Assembly (NCBI GenBank): GCA_963702005.1
Contig: OY969696.1
Coordinates: 1,760,001-1,824,000 of the forward strand
DNA from: Candidatus Aminicenantes bacterium
Lineage (GTDB): Bacteria; Acidobacteriota; Aminicenantia; Aminicenantales; JAFGBC01
Length of the DNA: 64,000 nucleotides
Reading direction: 5' to 3'
Part shown: one piece after another, positions 49,168-59,403 of the stretch
Layout of the letters: each line of letters opens with the position of its first letter
How positions within the stretch are numbered: position 1 is the first letter of the stretch
Made by a program: the position numbers and the translations under genes
Notes under the pieces: generated by a model
What the model saw: the letters and a program-made list of their open reading frames with translations, nothing else
Databases searched by the model: none
Told to the model about the DNA's origin: nothing

Positions 49168-50490
49168 TTAAGCGCCGGAGACCACGACGTCCTTGAATAC
49201 TAAGCTGGGGAACTTCTGTCCGGAGTAGGGATAGGGGTCGTTGGCGACCTCGACCAGCCGCTGCCAGATCTTGAGGTGGTTGTCGGCGATGTTCATCTCG
49301 GACACGGCCTGGACCGGGATGCCGTTCTCGAAGAGCCGGCCGACAATCCCGATCGAGGTGTCGCCCGTCGTCGAGTTCGAGTTGCCGCCGATGAACCCCG
49401 TGATCAGGATCCCGCGGCCGAGGTCCTTCATGATCTCGGCGACCGAGCGCTTGCCGGGCGGGATGAGCAGGTTCGAGGGGCCGCCCGTGGTCGGCTCCCA
49501 GCCCAGCTTCCGGCTGTAGTACCAGTCGAGGTAGAACTCTTTGAGGACGCCCGCTTCGAGCATGACCCGCTTTTTGGCGGCGAAGCCGTCGCCGTCGAAC
49601 AAACGGCTCGATAGCCCTCTCTTGATCAAGGGATCGTCGACGAGAGTCAGAAGTCCGCTCGCCACTTTCTGGCCCTTCTTGTCGGCCAGGAACGACTGCT
49701 TTTGCTGGATGGCGCGGCCGAACATGGCCTGGAGGAATCCCCCCCCGAACCGGCCGACGGACCGGTTTTCGATGATGACCGGGAGCGTCTCGGTCTTGAG
49801 CTTCTTCCCCCCGAACAGGGCCAGCGTCCGGAGGGCCGCCTCAGCCCCGATCTCCTCGGGCTTGGGGAGATCCCGGCGATGAAGGGCCACGGCCGCGGCG
49901 TATTCGGCCGGCCTACGGTCCCCCTCGTCCCGGCCCGTCATCTCGGCCGTGCCCACGAAATAAGTGGCTTCCGAATAACCGTCGAAGCCGTTCGAAGTCA
50001 TGAGGACGGACTCGCTGTAGCCGTCGGTCGATCCGGCGGTGACCGATATGACCTTTTCCCCGCCCTTGGCCAGGCAGGCGTCCTCGATCGCTTTGACGAA
50101 GGCGTGCCGCGATTCCGGCGTCCAATTCTTGTAGCTCGGATCGACGAACTCCAGGTCGAGATCCTGCCGTCCCTGGTAGTATTTCGGATCGGGAAGGGTT
50201 CGGAAGGGGTCCTCGGCCAGGAGCTTGGTCTGGGCGACGGCCCGGCCGATGAAGTCCTTAAGGGCGTCCTTTCTCAAGTCCGATGTGCTCATGCTCGAAT
50301 AGCGGCCGTTGACGAAGATCTCGAGGGAGAGCGATTTCGTCGAGGCCTCCTTGATGTTCTCGGGCTTGCGCTCCCGGTAGCTGATCTCAACCGTCCGTTC
50401 GCCATCGATCCCGATCCGGCAGGCGTCCGCCCCGGCCGCCTTGGCCGTCTGGATTCCCCAGCCCGCGAGGTCGTACAACTCCTGTTTCAT
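49168..50490 (-). CDS. pmbA: PmbA/TldE-family protein
   Basis: LTLVDDP, FDGDG, GGNSNSTTGD, EMNIADN; no HExxxH. Confidence 0.88.
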   Translation of the reverse strand: MKQELYDLAGWGIQTAKAAGADACRIGIDGERTVEISYRERKPENIKEASTKSLSLEIFVNGRYSSMSTSDLRKDALKDFIGRAVAQTKLLAEDPFRTLPDPKYYQGRQDLDLEFVDPSYKNWTPESRHAFVKAIEDACLAKGGEKVISVTAGSTDGYSESVLMTSNGFDGYSEATYFVGTAEMTGRDEGDRRPAEYAAAVALHRRDLPKPEEIGAEAALRTLALFGGKKLKTETLPVIIENRSVGRFGGGFLQAMFGRAIQQKQSFLADKKGQKVASGLLTLVDDPLIKRGLSSRLFDGDGFAAKKRVMLEAGVLKEFYLDWYYSRKLGWEPTTGGPSNLLIPPGKRSVAEIMKDLGRGILITGFIGGNSNSTTGDTSIGIVGRLFENGIPVQAVSEMNIADNHLKIWQRLVEVANDPYPYSGQKFPSLVFKDVVVSGA

Positions 50491-50506
50491 CGTCCTTCTC
50501 CTTTCC

Positions 50507-52039
50507 TCAACCCCGGGTCCCGCCGACGGTCAGCGATTTGATCAGGCAGGTCGGCTGGCCGAAACCGACGGGCGCGGCCTGTCCGTCCTTGCCGCAGGCG
50601 CCGGTTCCGCCCCGGTGGAGTTCGAAGTCGTTGGCGACCATGATCGTATTCGCCAGCATCTTGGGCCCGTTCCCCATGATGTTGATGTCCTTGATCGGGG
50701 CGCCCAGCTTTCCATTTTCGATCATCCGGCCCTGGGAGACGTAAAAGGCGAAGTCGCCCTCTCCGATCTTGACCTGGCCGTTGCTGACGTCCTGGACGTA
50801 GATCCCGTTGCCGGCGGCCTTGATAACTTCTGCGGGCGTCGCCGGCCCCGCCAGCATATAGGTGTTTCTCATGCGCGGGATGGGATAATACTGGTAACTC
50901 TGGCGGCGGCCGTTCCCGGTCGGCTTGACGCCGTAAAACTTGGCCGAGATCTTGTCGTGAATATAGCTGGTCAGGATGCCTTTGTCGACGAGGACGGTCT
51001 TCTGTCCGGGCGTGCCTTCGTCGTCGACGTTGATCGAGCCGAGCAGGTTGGGCAGGGTTCCGTCGTCGACGATGGTCACGAACGGCTCGGCGACCTTCTT
51101 CCCGATCATCGTGCTGAAGGTCGAGATATTCTTCCGGTTGAAGTCGGCCTCCATGCCGTGCCCGATCGCCTCGTGGAGGAGGATGCCGGTGATGCCGGGG
51201 CCGAGGACGACCGGCATTTCGCCGGCCGGCGGTTGGACGGCGTCGAACAGGACCAGGGTCCGATCGGTGGCCGTCTTGGCGATCTCATCGACGATGGCGG
51301 GCGTGAAATAAGAGAAGTCCCGGCGGCCGCCGAAGTTCCAGCCGGCCCGCTCGCGCTTGCCGTTTTTCTCGGCGACAACGCCCGCGGCCAGATAGGTTCG
51401 GGGCAGGAGGTCCTCGGCCTTGACGCCGTCGCTGGTGACGATGAGGATGCGCTTCTGCTGGTCATGGAACTGGGCGGTGACCTTGACGACGAGCGGGGAG
51501 AGAGCGAAGCAGCGATCGTTGACGGTCTGGACGAGGGGGAGCTTGCGCTCGATCGGGATGGCCGTGAACAGGGTTTTAAGCGGGTAATAGTCGGCCGTCT
51601 TGAGCTGGGTGTAGTCCCGGGCCGGGTTTTTAGCGGCCCCGCTGGCGATGGTCGCGGCGGTTGCGGCCGCGGCCAGCATCGACTTTTCCCCGAGTTCTTG
51701 GGTGAAGCCGTAGCCGACCTGGTCGCCCTTGACGGTCCGGATGCCCACGCCCAGGGCGATGTCGCTGTAGGCCCGGTTGACCTTGCCGTCCTCGAGGATC
51801 AGATAATTGCTGATGGTATGCTCGAAATAGAGGTCGGCATAGTCGCCGCCCTTGGCGAGGGCTTCGGCCAGGACCTTGCGGCAGACGGCGTCCGTGATGC
51901 CGAATTCCCGCTCGAAATAGCCTGGTGCGTCCGCCCCGGCTAAGGCATGCCAGCGCTTGTTGAGCACGGGGGCCGCGACCGATACGGCGGCCGCCGTGGC
52001 GCCGGTCTTTAGAAAAGAGCGCCGGCTGATCGTTTTCAT
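50507..52039 (-). CDS. tldD: TldD-family metalloprotease with a Tat signal
   Basis: SRRSFLK; HEAIGHGMEAD, PRMRNTY, CGKDGQ. Confidence 0.92.
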   Translation of the reverse strand: MKTISRRSFLKTGATAAAVSVAAPVLNKRWHALAGADAPGYFEREFGITDAVCRKVLAEALAKGGDYADLYFEHTISNYLILEDGKVNRAYSDIALGVGIRTVKGDQVGYGFTQELGEKSMLAAAATAATIASGAAKNPARDYTQLKTADYYPLKTLFTAIPIERKLPLVQTVNDRCFALSPLVVKVTAQFHDQQKRILIVTSDGVKAEDLLPRTYLAAGVVAEKNGKRERAGWNFGGRRDFSYFTPAIVDEIAKTATDRTLVLFDAVQPPAGEMPVVLGPGITGILLHEAIGHGMEADFNRKNISTFSTMIGKKVAEPFVTIVDDGTLPNLLGSINVDDEGTPGQKTVLVDKGILTSYIHDKISAKFYGVKPTGNGRRQSYQYYPIPRMRNTYMLAGPATPAEVIKAAGNGIYVQDVSNGQVKIGEGDFAFYVSQGRMIENGKLGAPIKDINIMGNGPKMLANTIMVANDFELHRGGTGACGKDGQAAPVGFGQPTCLIKSLTVGGTRG

Positions 52040-52175
52040 GGATCCCTCCTAAAGGCGATAAAAATTAGGATTGGGGTACAGGGTGGAAAAAACTGGAATG
52101 CGCAAAATCATCCCCACATTAAGGGATACGATCAGGACGGGATAAAAGTTGCTCGCGCAGCGAAAAAAACCCCCT

Positions 52176-52228
52176 AAAAAGAAACCGGCCCGTCTCTCTC
52201 CGACCCCCTGTCGTCGAGAGACGGGCCG
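52176..52228 (-). terminator. intrinsic terminator
   Basis: 13-bp stem CGGCCCGTCTCTC followed on the minus strand by GTTTCTTTTT. Confidence 0.65.
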
Positions 52229-52256
52229 ATCCGGCCCGAATACCATGACCCTCGAA

Positions 52257-52829
52257 TTATTTGGCTCGAGCCTTGTTAATTGAGCTCATGTTGTTGGCCA
52301 CGACGTAGGACAGCGCGAAGTTGGAGGCGATCGAGATAATCCAAGCCGTGGTCTTGCTTTTTTTATAGAGGCCCTTGAGGCCGTAATAGGACAGGGCCGT
52401 GAAGCCGGCCTTGACGGCGGCGAAAACATAAGCGTTCTTGACGAAGGGCTTCATAATCGGATTGCCCTCGGCCAGCCCGGGCGTCCGGAGCGCCTGGCGG
52501 GTGGTGACATAGTCGGCCACGTTGAGGGCAACCTGAGTCAGGAGGGAGGTCGTGAACATGGAGCGCTCGAAACGGTTTTCCCCAAACATGCCCTTGAGGT
52601 ACTGAGAGGCGTCGGTCGGAGCGGATACCTCGGGGACAGCGGCCAAGGAAAGGGAGGGGCCGGCGGCTTCGGGCGAAGCCGCCGGCGCAACTAAATAAGG
52701 GACAAAGGAGGGGGTATAGGGGGTCAAAGCTGTGTTGACGATCTCGCCTTCGCTGTCGGCAGCCGAAAGCGGCGCCAAGAAGAACATGGCCATAACGGCC
52801 AGGATGATTGCGAACTTCTTGCCTCTCAT
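52257..52829 (-). CDS. exported/membrane protein, DUF5658-like
   Basis: Signal peptide; LNVADYVTT...EGNPIM motif; VVANN. Confidence 0.65.
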   Translation of the reverse strand: MRGKKFAIILAVMAMFFLAPLSAADSEGEIVNTALTPYTPSFVPYLVAPAASPEAAGPSLSLAAVPEVSAPTDASQYLKGMFGENRFERSMFTTSLLTQVALNVADYVTTRQALRTPGLAEGNPIMKPFVKNAYVFAAVKAGFTALSYYGLKGLYKKSKTTAWIISIASNFALSYVVANNMSSINKARAK

Positions 52830-52889
52830 TTTTTTCTCCCCGTTGTCCCTGTTTCTCATTTGTTTTTCCTTACGGTCGGCTAATTCATT

Positions 52890-52905
52890 TGCAAGATGGA
52901 TGCCA
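52890..52905 (-). promoter_or_regulatory. sigma54 (-24/-12) promoter
   Basis: Minus strand TGGCATCCATCTTGCA fits TGGCA-N6-TTGCA; AT-rich IHF-like tract upstream. Confidence 0.75.
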
Positions 52906-53358
52906 AGGAGGAAAAATGGGCTTAAATCATTAAAATAGAATAAGTTACATATTTTAGATATATAGATATTCTGTGGTTTGTATGTTCATTTATTGAACAC
53001 GCAAGTCAGGGAATGACAGCTAATTTTAACTATAATAACAACTTATGAATAATTCCCCGATGTGTTCAAATATTGGTCATAATGACACGCCCTTCTTGGA
53101 TCTCCCGGCGATCGTATCCGATCGCCATGAAGAGGGTCATTTGAGCGCCGGAATATACAGAGACGCTTACGGGAGAACAGGCGAAGCTGATGGAGTGGAG
53201 AAGGCCGTTGGGCCTGCCCGAGGAAGTCGGGAGTTTCGGGCACCGTTGACTTGTCTTATTGCCTTCTGGTACAGTTCAAATAGCATGGTTAGGCGAGACG
53301 CTGTCGTCGTCGATCCAGTGTGCATAGTCGGGCGGGAGGGAAAAGGAGGAGGGCGGGC

Positions 53359-55482
53359 ATGAACGCAATCGGCACAACCAGCACGCGGAAAAGAATAGGC
53401 GAACTCCTGGTCGAATCCGGCGTCATAACGCTCGAACAGCTCGAGAACTCCCTTCTCCTCCAAAAAGGGAAAAACAAGCGACTCGGCAAGATTCTGGTCG
53501 AGCTCGGCTACATCACGGAGGATCAAGTCGCCGAGACTCTCTCCCGCCAGCTGGCCCTCCCTCTCGTCGATTGCGCGAACTTCAAGCCCACGAAGGAGAT
53601 CATCTCGCTGGTTTCCAAGGGTACGGCCGAGAAGAAGCTCGTCTTTCCGCTCGAGGTCAAGGAGCGGCGCCTTTCTCTGGCCATGGCCAACCCCCTCGAC
53701 TGGCAGACCGTCGATGAGCTGGCCTTTTCGACCGGGATGAATATTGCGGTTGCGGTCGCCTCGGAGAGCTCAATCATGAACGCGATCGAGGAGCATTACT
53801 CTTCCGGCGAAGATCTCCTCAAGTTCCTCAAGGACGTCCCGATCAACGAGAAGGTCGAATTTATCCGGGGGATCGCCCCCGAGCGGACGGACGAGGGGCG
53901 AGGCCGGGGGAGCGGCGGTCCGACCCGCGAAATCAGCGAAGACGCGCCGATCGTGAAGTTCGTGGCCATGGTCTTGCTCGACGCCGCCAAGTCCCGAGCC
54001 AGCGACATTCACATCGAGCCGGGCGAGAAGGACATCCAGGTCCGCTACCGGATCGACGGCGAACTCAAGAACATGCTCAAGTATCCCGGCCCGCTTCACG
54101 ACTCGGTCGTGACCCGGATAAAAATCATCTCCGACCTCGACATCACCAACCGGCGGCTCCCCCAGGACGGCCGGATGCTCCTCCGGGTCGAGGGCAAGGA
54201 TATCGATATCCGGATCTCGACGCTTCCATCCGTCTACGGGGAGAAGCTCGTGCTTCGGCTCCTCGACCACGCTACGGGCCTCGTCCCGCTGGCCAAGCTG
54301 GGGATACCCCAAACGACCCTGAAACCCATCCTGACCATGATCAGCCAGCCCCAGGGGATGATCCTGGTCACCGGGCCGACGGGAAGCGGGAAGACGACGT
54401 CCCTCTACGCACTTCTCCAGCAACTGAGGGCCGAAACCAAGAACATCATCACGATCGAGGACCCGGTCGAATACCGGGTTCCGGGCACGACCCAGGTCGG
54501 GATCAACGAGCCGATCGGGCTGTCCTTTCCGAACATCCTCCGCTCCGTCCTCCGCCAGGACCCGGACATCATCATGATCGGCGAGGTCCGGGACCTAGAC
54601 ACGGCCGAGATCGCGACCAGGGCCGCCCTGACCGGCCATCTCGTCCTGAGCACGCTCCACACCAACGACACGGTTGCGACGATCACCAGGCTCATCGACA
54701 TCGGACTCGAACCCTACTTGGTTTCTTCGGCCGTCACGGGTATCATCGCCCAGCGGCTCGTCCGCCGGATCTGCCCGAAATGCAAAGTCGAGATCGGCCC
54801 CCCCGAAGAAGTGGCCGATTTGGAGCTTCCTCCCATCAAAAAAGCTTTCAAGGGGACGGGCTGCAAGGACTGTCAGTTTACCGGATTCATGGGCCGCGTC
54901 GGAGCTTACGAGCTTCTGATCCTGAACGTAAGCCTCAAGCGGCTCATCGCCAAAGGGGCCCCCGAGGGCACGATCCGGGAGGTGGCCATAAAAAGCGGCA
55001 TGGTGACCCTTTTCGAAGATGCCTGGTCCAAAGTCGTCCAAGGGATTACGACTGTGGACGAGGTTCTGTCCAAGGTGCCTTTGAGCAAGATGGAGCCGGA
55101 AACGAGGGCCGCGTTGGACGCCGGCCAGTTCCGCCAAGCCCTTCTCGTCAACGTCCCGGAGGAAGACGGCCTGGTCGTACGGAGCGTCCTGGAGCAGGCT
55201 GGGTTTGATGTCAAGGACTGCCGAGGAAGGGACGCTTTCGAGGAGGCCCTGGCCCGCGCCGTCGACTTGTGCGTCGTTTTCGCGGACGAGAAGTTGCCCG
55301 GCGTCATGGAGCGGCTGAGGAAGAACGTCCGGCATATGTCCGTCCCCGTCCTCATCCTGACCGATACCGTCTCCGAGCAGCTCGTCAACTTGGGTGCCCG
55401 CTGGGGGATCCGGGGCGTCTCGCAAAGGCCGGTTCAAGCCGTGCAGTTCACGTCCCTTATCAGGGAAGCCCTCAAGGATTGA
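53359..55482 (+). CDS. pilB: PilB/GspE-family assembly ATPase with N-terminal MshEN and a C-terminal receiver-like domain
   Basis: RIGELLVESG..LLLQ / RLGKILVELG; GPTGSGKT, LRQDPD, STLHTND, CPKC/CKDC. Confidence 0.88.
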   Translation: MNAIGTTSTRKRIGELLVESGVITLEQLENSLLLQKGKNKRLGKILVELGYITEDQVAETLSRQLALPLVDCANFKPTKEIISLVSKGTAEKKLVFPLEVKERRLSLAMANPLDWQTVDELAFSTGMNIAVAVASESSIMNAIEEHYSSGEDLLKFLKDVPINEKVEFIRGIAPERTDEGRGRGSGGPTREISEDAPIVKFVAMVLLDAAKSRASDIHIEPGEKDIQVRYRIDGELKNMLKYPGPLHDSVVTRIKIISDLDITNRRLPQDGRMLLRVEGKDIDIRISTLPSVYGEKLVLRLLDHATGLVPLAKLGIPQTTLKPILTMISQPQGMILVTGPTGSGKTTSLYALLQQLRAETKNIITIEDPVEYRVPGTTQVGINEPIGLSFPNILRSVLRQDPDIIMIGEVRDLDTAEIATRAALTGHLVLSTLHTNDTVATITRLIDIGLEPYLVSSAVTGIIAQRLVRRICPKCKVEIGPPEEVADLELPPIKKAFKGTGCKDCQFTGFMGRVGAYELLILNVSLKRLIAKGAPEGTIREVAIKSGMVTLFEDAWSKVVQGITTVDEVLSKVPLSKMEPETRAALDAGQFRQALLVNVPEEDGLVVRSVLEQAGFDVKDCRGRDAFEEALARAVDLCVVFADEKLPGVMERLRKNVRHMSVPVLILTDTVSEQLVNLGARWGIRGVSQRPVQAVQFTSLIREALKD

Positions 55483-55571
55483 CGCGCCGCCGGCCCGTTT
55501 ACGTCATTTTCTATCATCGAACCGATTGGAAAAAAAAGACCGCCGGGAAACCGGGGAAGGAGGTCCGAACC

Positions 55572-56960
55572 ATGAACGCATCTCAAATCCGCGCCGCGCG
55601 AGGAGTCCTTATCGCCGGGGCGGTCTTGGCTGTTTGCGCCATCCTCGCCATGTCCGGGCCGGGCGACGACGAGGAGATCAAGGCCGCATCCTTCAATTCG
55701 AACGGCCCCTTGTTCGAAGGCTGGCAGTGGCTCATGGACACGGAGCACGGCCAGACGGCCGAATGGAGATTCGACCGCATCCCCATGGAACAGGACATCA
55801 CCGTCAGGCTCGAAGTCCAAGCCCGTTCGAATATACGCTTGGCCGCCGGCGTCAACGCCGAATTTTTCCTCTCCTACGGCGCCGCGGCTCCCGAACAGAA
55901 AGAGGCTTTGTTCTTCGGCCGGGTCAAGGTGACGCTGCCGAACGTCACGACCCCCGACAACCCGGGCGGCATTCTTTGCCGGGGAACGATCGTCATTCCG
56001 CGCAAGGAGCTCCAGGGGAGCCAGACGCTTGTCCTCAAGGCGAGCCGCAGCGACGTCCTCGGGCAATATCCGCCGGTCGATCTCCTCATCGCCGTCCGGG
56101 CCGAGAGCGCCGTCCTCATCGCCCGCAGCTTCCCCGAACCCGGGCCCAGGCCCAAACCGAAAACGATCCCCCAGCCGGAGCCCGAACCCAAGGCGCAGCC
56201 CCTGCCGTTGCCCAAGCCCGAACCCGAGCCCAAGCTCCGCCCCTTCAGGGGAGACCATCTCCCCGAGACCGACCTCCGCGATGAGGCCTACCTGTTGGGG
56301 CCGGGCGAATATTTTGGCGAGCTCGGACACGAACGCGAAAACGGAGCGCACGACAACGTCGATTGGTACGCCGTGAACCTCCGCAAGGGGGAGATCGTCA
56401 AAATCAGCCTCGACATGAACGAGGGCCGGAACTTCAACCTGGCCCTGATCAGTCCCGGCGGGAATCCCCTCGAAACTTCGACCAGGAAATTGGACGCGGC
56501 CGACGTCGTCGAATGGGCGGCCAGTCTGGACGGACCCGAGTTCATCAAGATCAACCGGGCCGCCGGCCAGGGCCGCTATACCCTGGGCGTCGATATCAGC
56601 CACCAGGACGACGGAGGAAGCGTCCGCGACGCCGGGAACGATCAGAGCGGCGCCGTCCCTATCTATCCCGCCGTCGAACCCGTCGACGGACAGCTTCTGC
56701 CCGACGACAACATCGACTTCTACAGCATTGCCCTCGAAAAGGGCTGGACGATTTTTGTTAAGCTCATGGTCCAGAGCGGCCAGAACTTCAACCTGGCCCT
56801 GTTCAGGCCCGACGGGACCATCTTGGAGGCTTCGAAGCGGGGGGTCGGCGAATCCGACTCGATCGAGTTCAAAGCGCCGGCGGCCAAGTCTTATTTCATC
56901 CGGGTCATCCGGAAATCCGGGGAAGGACACTACAAGCTTCAGCTCTCAATTCATAAATGA
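55572..56960 (+). CDS. secreted protein with a Pro-rich linker and PPC-like domains
   Basis: Signal peptide; PEPEPK linker; D..D.Y....NFNLAL..P.G...G.Y.L twice. Confidence 0.7.
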   Translation: MNASQIRAARGVLIAGAVLAVCAILAMSGPGDDEEIKAASFNSNGPLFEGWQWLMDTEHGQTAEWRFDRIPMEQDITVRLEVQARSNIRLAAGVNAEFFLSYGAAAPEQKEALFFGRVKVTLPNVTTPDNPGGILCRGTIVIPRKELQGSQTLVLKASRSDVLGQYPPVDLLIAVRAESAVLIARSFPEPGPRPKPKTIPQPEPEPKAQPLPLPKPEPEPKLRPFRGDHLPETDLRDEAYLLGPGEYFGELGHERENGAHDNVDWYAVNLRKGEIVKISLDMNEGRNFNLALISPGGNPLETSTRKLDAADVVEWAASLDGPEFIKINRAAGQGRYTLGVDISHQDDGGSVRDAGNDQSGAVPIYPAVEPVDGQLLPDDNIDFYSIALEKGWTIFVKLMVQSGQNFNLALFRPDGTILEASKRGVGESDSIEFKAPAAKSYFIRVIRKSGEGHYKLQLSIHK

Positions 56961-56968
56961 TCTAGGGC

Positions 56969-58099
56969 TTAGCGGCCCCATTCCTCGGCCGCCCCGGCCA
57001 GGACCTGGAGGTTCCGGCGCGGCGTGTGGGGAGCCACCGAGCAAGCCGTGCTGAGGATGTAACCGCCGCCGGGTTTTCCCGTCTCGAGGCAGCGGCGGGC
57101 TTCCCGCTCGACCTCCGCTTCCGTCCCGTGCAGGAGGACGTGGACCGGATCCAGGTTCCCCTTGATGAAGAGCCGGCCGCCGATGCGGCGCTTGGCGTCC
57201 GCGAGATCGACCGTGCCCAACGGAGGCGGGTCGAGACATTCGATTCCCGAGACGCCCGCCTCGGCCATCAGCTCGAGGCGGTCGTGGACGGCGCCGCAGG
57301 TATGGGTGTAGACAAAAATCCCCTGTTCCCGCGCGGCCGCCGCGATCCGGGCCTCGAAGGGGAGGACGAACTCCCGGTAGCAGGCGGGCGAGATGAATCC
57401 CGCGCCCGCGAAGGGAGAGGAAATCTTGAGGGCGTCCAGGCCGCGCCCGGACAGGCCGCGAGTGAGCCGGACGAGACCTTCGCTGAAGCGGGCCAGGATA
57501 TCCTTGGAGCGTGATGGGTTATCGAGGAGGGCCAGGAAGCCTTCCCGGAAGCCGATGAGGTTCAGGAAGTAATCAAAGGGCGATGTCACTTCGCCGTGGA
57601 TAGAAAACGCGTCGCCGGCCCTGGCCCGGACGATGTCGATGGCGTCGAAGAGGTGGTCCGGGTCGAACCGGAATTCGAGGCCCTGGGAGACCGGGATAAA
57701 CTCGATCCCGTCCGGGAGCGAGGCCGGATCGAAGGAGGCGATGTCGGGCCTGGGCTTGTCCCGGGCCGGGAGGTGAAGGGGAAGGTCGTCGGCCGGGAAA
57801 ACCGTCCGGTCGCCGTTCTTCCAGCGGACGCGCTCGCCCTCGTCGTCCCGCTCAATGGACAGGACCTCGCGGGACCAGCCGGGCGGATGGCCGTGGAGGG
57901 AGACCAGGATTCCATCGAAGCCGTAGAGCTCGCGGAGGCGGATGAGGCCTTCGGCGAAGATTTCGGCCGAGAACCAAAATTCGCTGGGGGGGAACCCGGT
58001 TTGGAGGAGCATGTGCCCGATGCTCATTTGGCACATGACCGGGACCCGGTCCGGGCGGCGGACGGCCATGGCCTCGATCATGCGCTGTTTCGGTGTCAT
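56969..58099 (-). CDS. uroporphyrinogen decarboxylase-family (MtaA/CmuA-like) protein
   Basis: PDRVPV, HTCG, KGNLDP, GYILSTAC. Confidence 0.88.
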   Translation of the reverse strand: MTPKQRMIEAMAVRRPDRVPVMCQMSIGHMLLQTGFPPSEFWFSAEIFAEGLIRLRELYGFDGILVSLHGHPPGWSREVLSIERDDEGERVRWKNGDRTVFPADDLPLHLPARDKPRPDIASFDPASLPDGIEFIPVSQGLEFRFDPDHLFDAIDIVRARAGDAFSIHGEVTSPFDYFLNLIGFREGFLALLDNPSRSKDILARFSEGLVRLTRGLSGRGLDALKISSPFAGAGFISPACYREFVLPFEARIAAAAREQGIFVYTHTCGAVHDRLELMAEAGVSGIECLDPPPLGTVDLADAKRRIGGRLFIKGNLDPVHVLLHGTEAEVEREARRCLETGKPGGGYILSTACSVAPHTPRRNLQVLAGAAEEWGR

Positions 58100-58124
58100 A
58101 CGTCTATTATAACGTTAAACAATG

Positions 58125-58205
58125 AATTCTGGGGACACACGACTTAATTCCGCGTTTGTCAAAATTAAAAGAGCTTATGGAATTAAGTCGTGTGTCCCCA
58201 GAATT
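58125..58205. repeat. REP/MITE-like hairpin, copy 2
   Basis: Same arms as 22535 (27 bp here) with a 27-nt loop. Confidence 0.9.
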
Positions 58206-58264
58206 TATTCTTGAGTCGCCGGGAGGAAAGATGCTACAATGCCAGGGGAGAAGGGAGGAGTGAC

Positions 58265-59359
58265 ATGACGTTCCTGGCCCTGCTTAAGCTCCTCGTGGAA
58301 CGCCAGGGATCGGATCTCCATCTCCTGGCCGGGCTCCATCCCGCCCTTCGCGTCCACGGCGAACTTGTCCCCTTGACCGAACTCGAGCGGCTGACGCCGG
58401 AGACGTCTAAGGCCCTCATCTACGAAATCCTAAGCGAGCGTCAGAAAGCCCTCTTCGAAAACGGGTCCGACACGCAGCACGAGCTCGATTTCGGACACGG
58501 CATCCCAGGCTTGGGGCGGTTTCGCATCAATGTTCATATGCAGCGGGGGACGGTCGCGACTGCCGTCCGGGCCCTGTCGAGTGTCATTCCCGATTTCGAC
58601 GGATTGGGCCTTCCCCCTTCGGTCCGGGCTTTTACCCAGGCTAAGCGGGGGCTCGTCCTCGTCACCGGGCCGACCGGGTGCGGCAAATCGACGACCCTGG
58701 CAGCCCTGATCGACGTCATCAATCGGACCCGCTCGGACCACATCCTGACCATCGAGGACCCGATCGAGTACCTCCACAAGTCCCAAAAATCCTACGTAAC
58801 CCAGCGCGAGGTCGGCCCCTCCGGAGATACGCTCTCATTTAAAAACGCCCTCAAGTACGCCCTCCGCCAGGACCCGGACGTCATCCTGATCGGGGAGATG
58901 CGGGATGCCGAGACGATCGGGATCGCCATTACCTCGGCCGAGACCGGACACCTCGTTTTCGGGACCCTCCATACCGCGAGCGCGGCCCAGACGGTCAGCC
59001 GGATCATCGACGTCTTCCCGGCCGACCAGCAGCCCCAGATCCAGAGCCAGCTCGCCACGAACATCCTCGGCGTCATTTCCCAGATCTTACTGCCCCGGGT
59101 CGACAAACCGGGACGCGTCCTGGCCTGCGAGGTCATGATCGCCAGCGCCGCGGTCCGGAACAACGTCCGGATCGGCAAGGTCGAGACGCTCTTCCAGGTC
59201 ATGCAGACTTCGGCCGGGGAGGGCATGCAGACGATGGACCAGTCCCTCATCCATCATTGCAAAACCGGGGCCATCGACTACGATACGGCCAAACCGTTCA
59301 TCTACGATAAAGGGACGCACGACGTCCTGAAATCATTCCGCCGGCCGGGAAAGGCCTGA
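58265..59359 (+). CDS. pilT: type IV pilus retraction ATPase
   Basis: SDLHL, GRFRIN, GPTGCGKST, ALRQDPD, AETGHLVFGTLHT, GMQTMDQ. Confidence 0.92.
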   Translation: MTFLALLKLLVERQGSDLHLLAGLHPALRVHGELVPLTELERLTPETSKALIYEILSERQKALFENGSDTQHELDFGHGIPGLGRFRINVHMQRGTVATAVRALSSVIPDFDGLGLPPSVRAFTQAKRGLVLVTGPTGCGKSTTLAALIDVINRTRSDHILTIEDPIEYLHKSQKSYVTQREVGPSGDTLSFKNALKYALRQDPDVILIGEMRDAETIGIAITSAETGHLVFGTLHTASAAQTVSRIIDVFPADQQPQIQSQLATNILGVISQILLPRVDKPGRVLACEVMIASAAVRNNVRIGKVETLFQVMQTSAGEGMQTMDQSLIHHCKTGAIDYDTAKPFIYDKGTHDVLKSFRRPGKA

Positions 59360-59403
59360 GGGTAAGAGGGCGAGACCGGACGGCGACGGAGAGGAGAGAG
59401 GCG

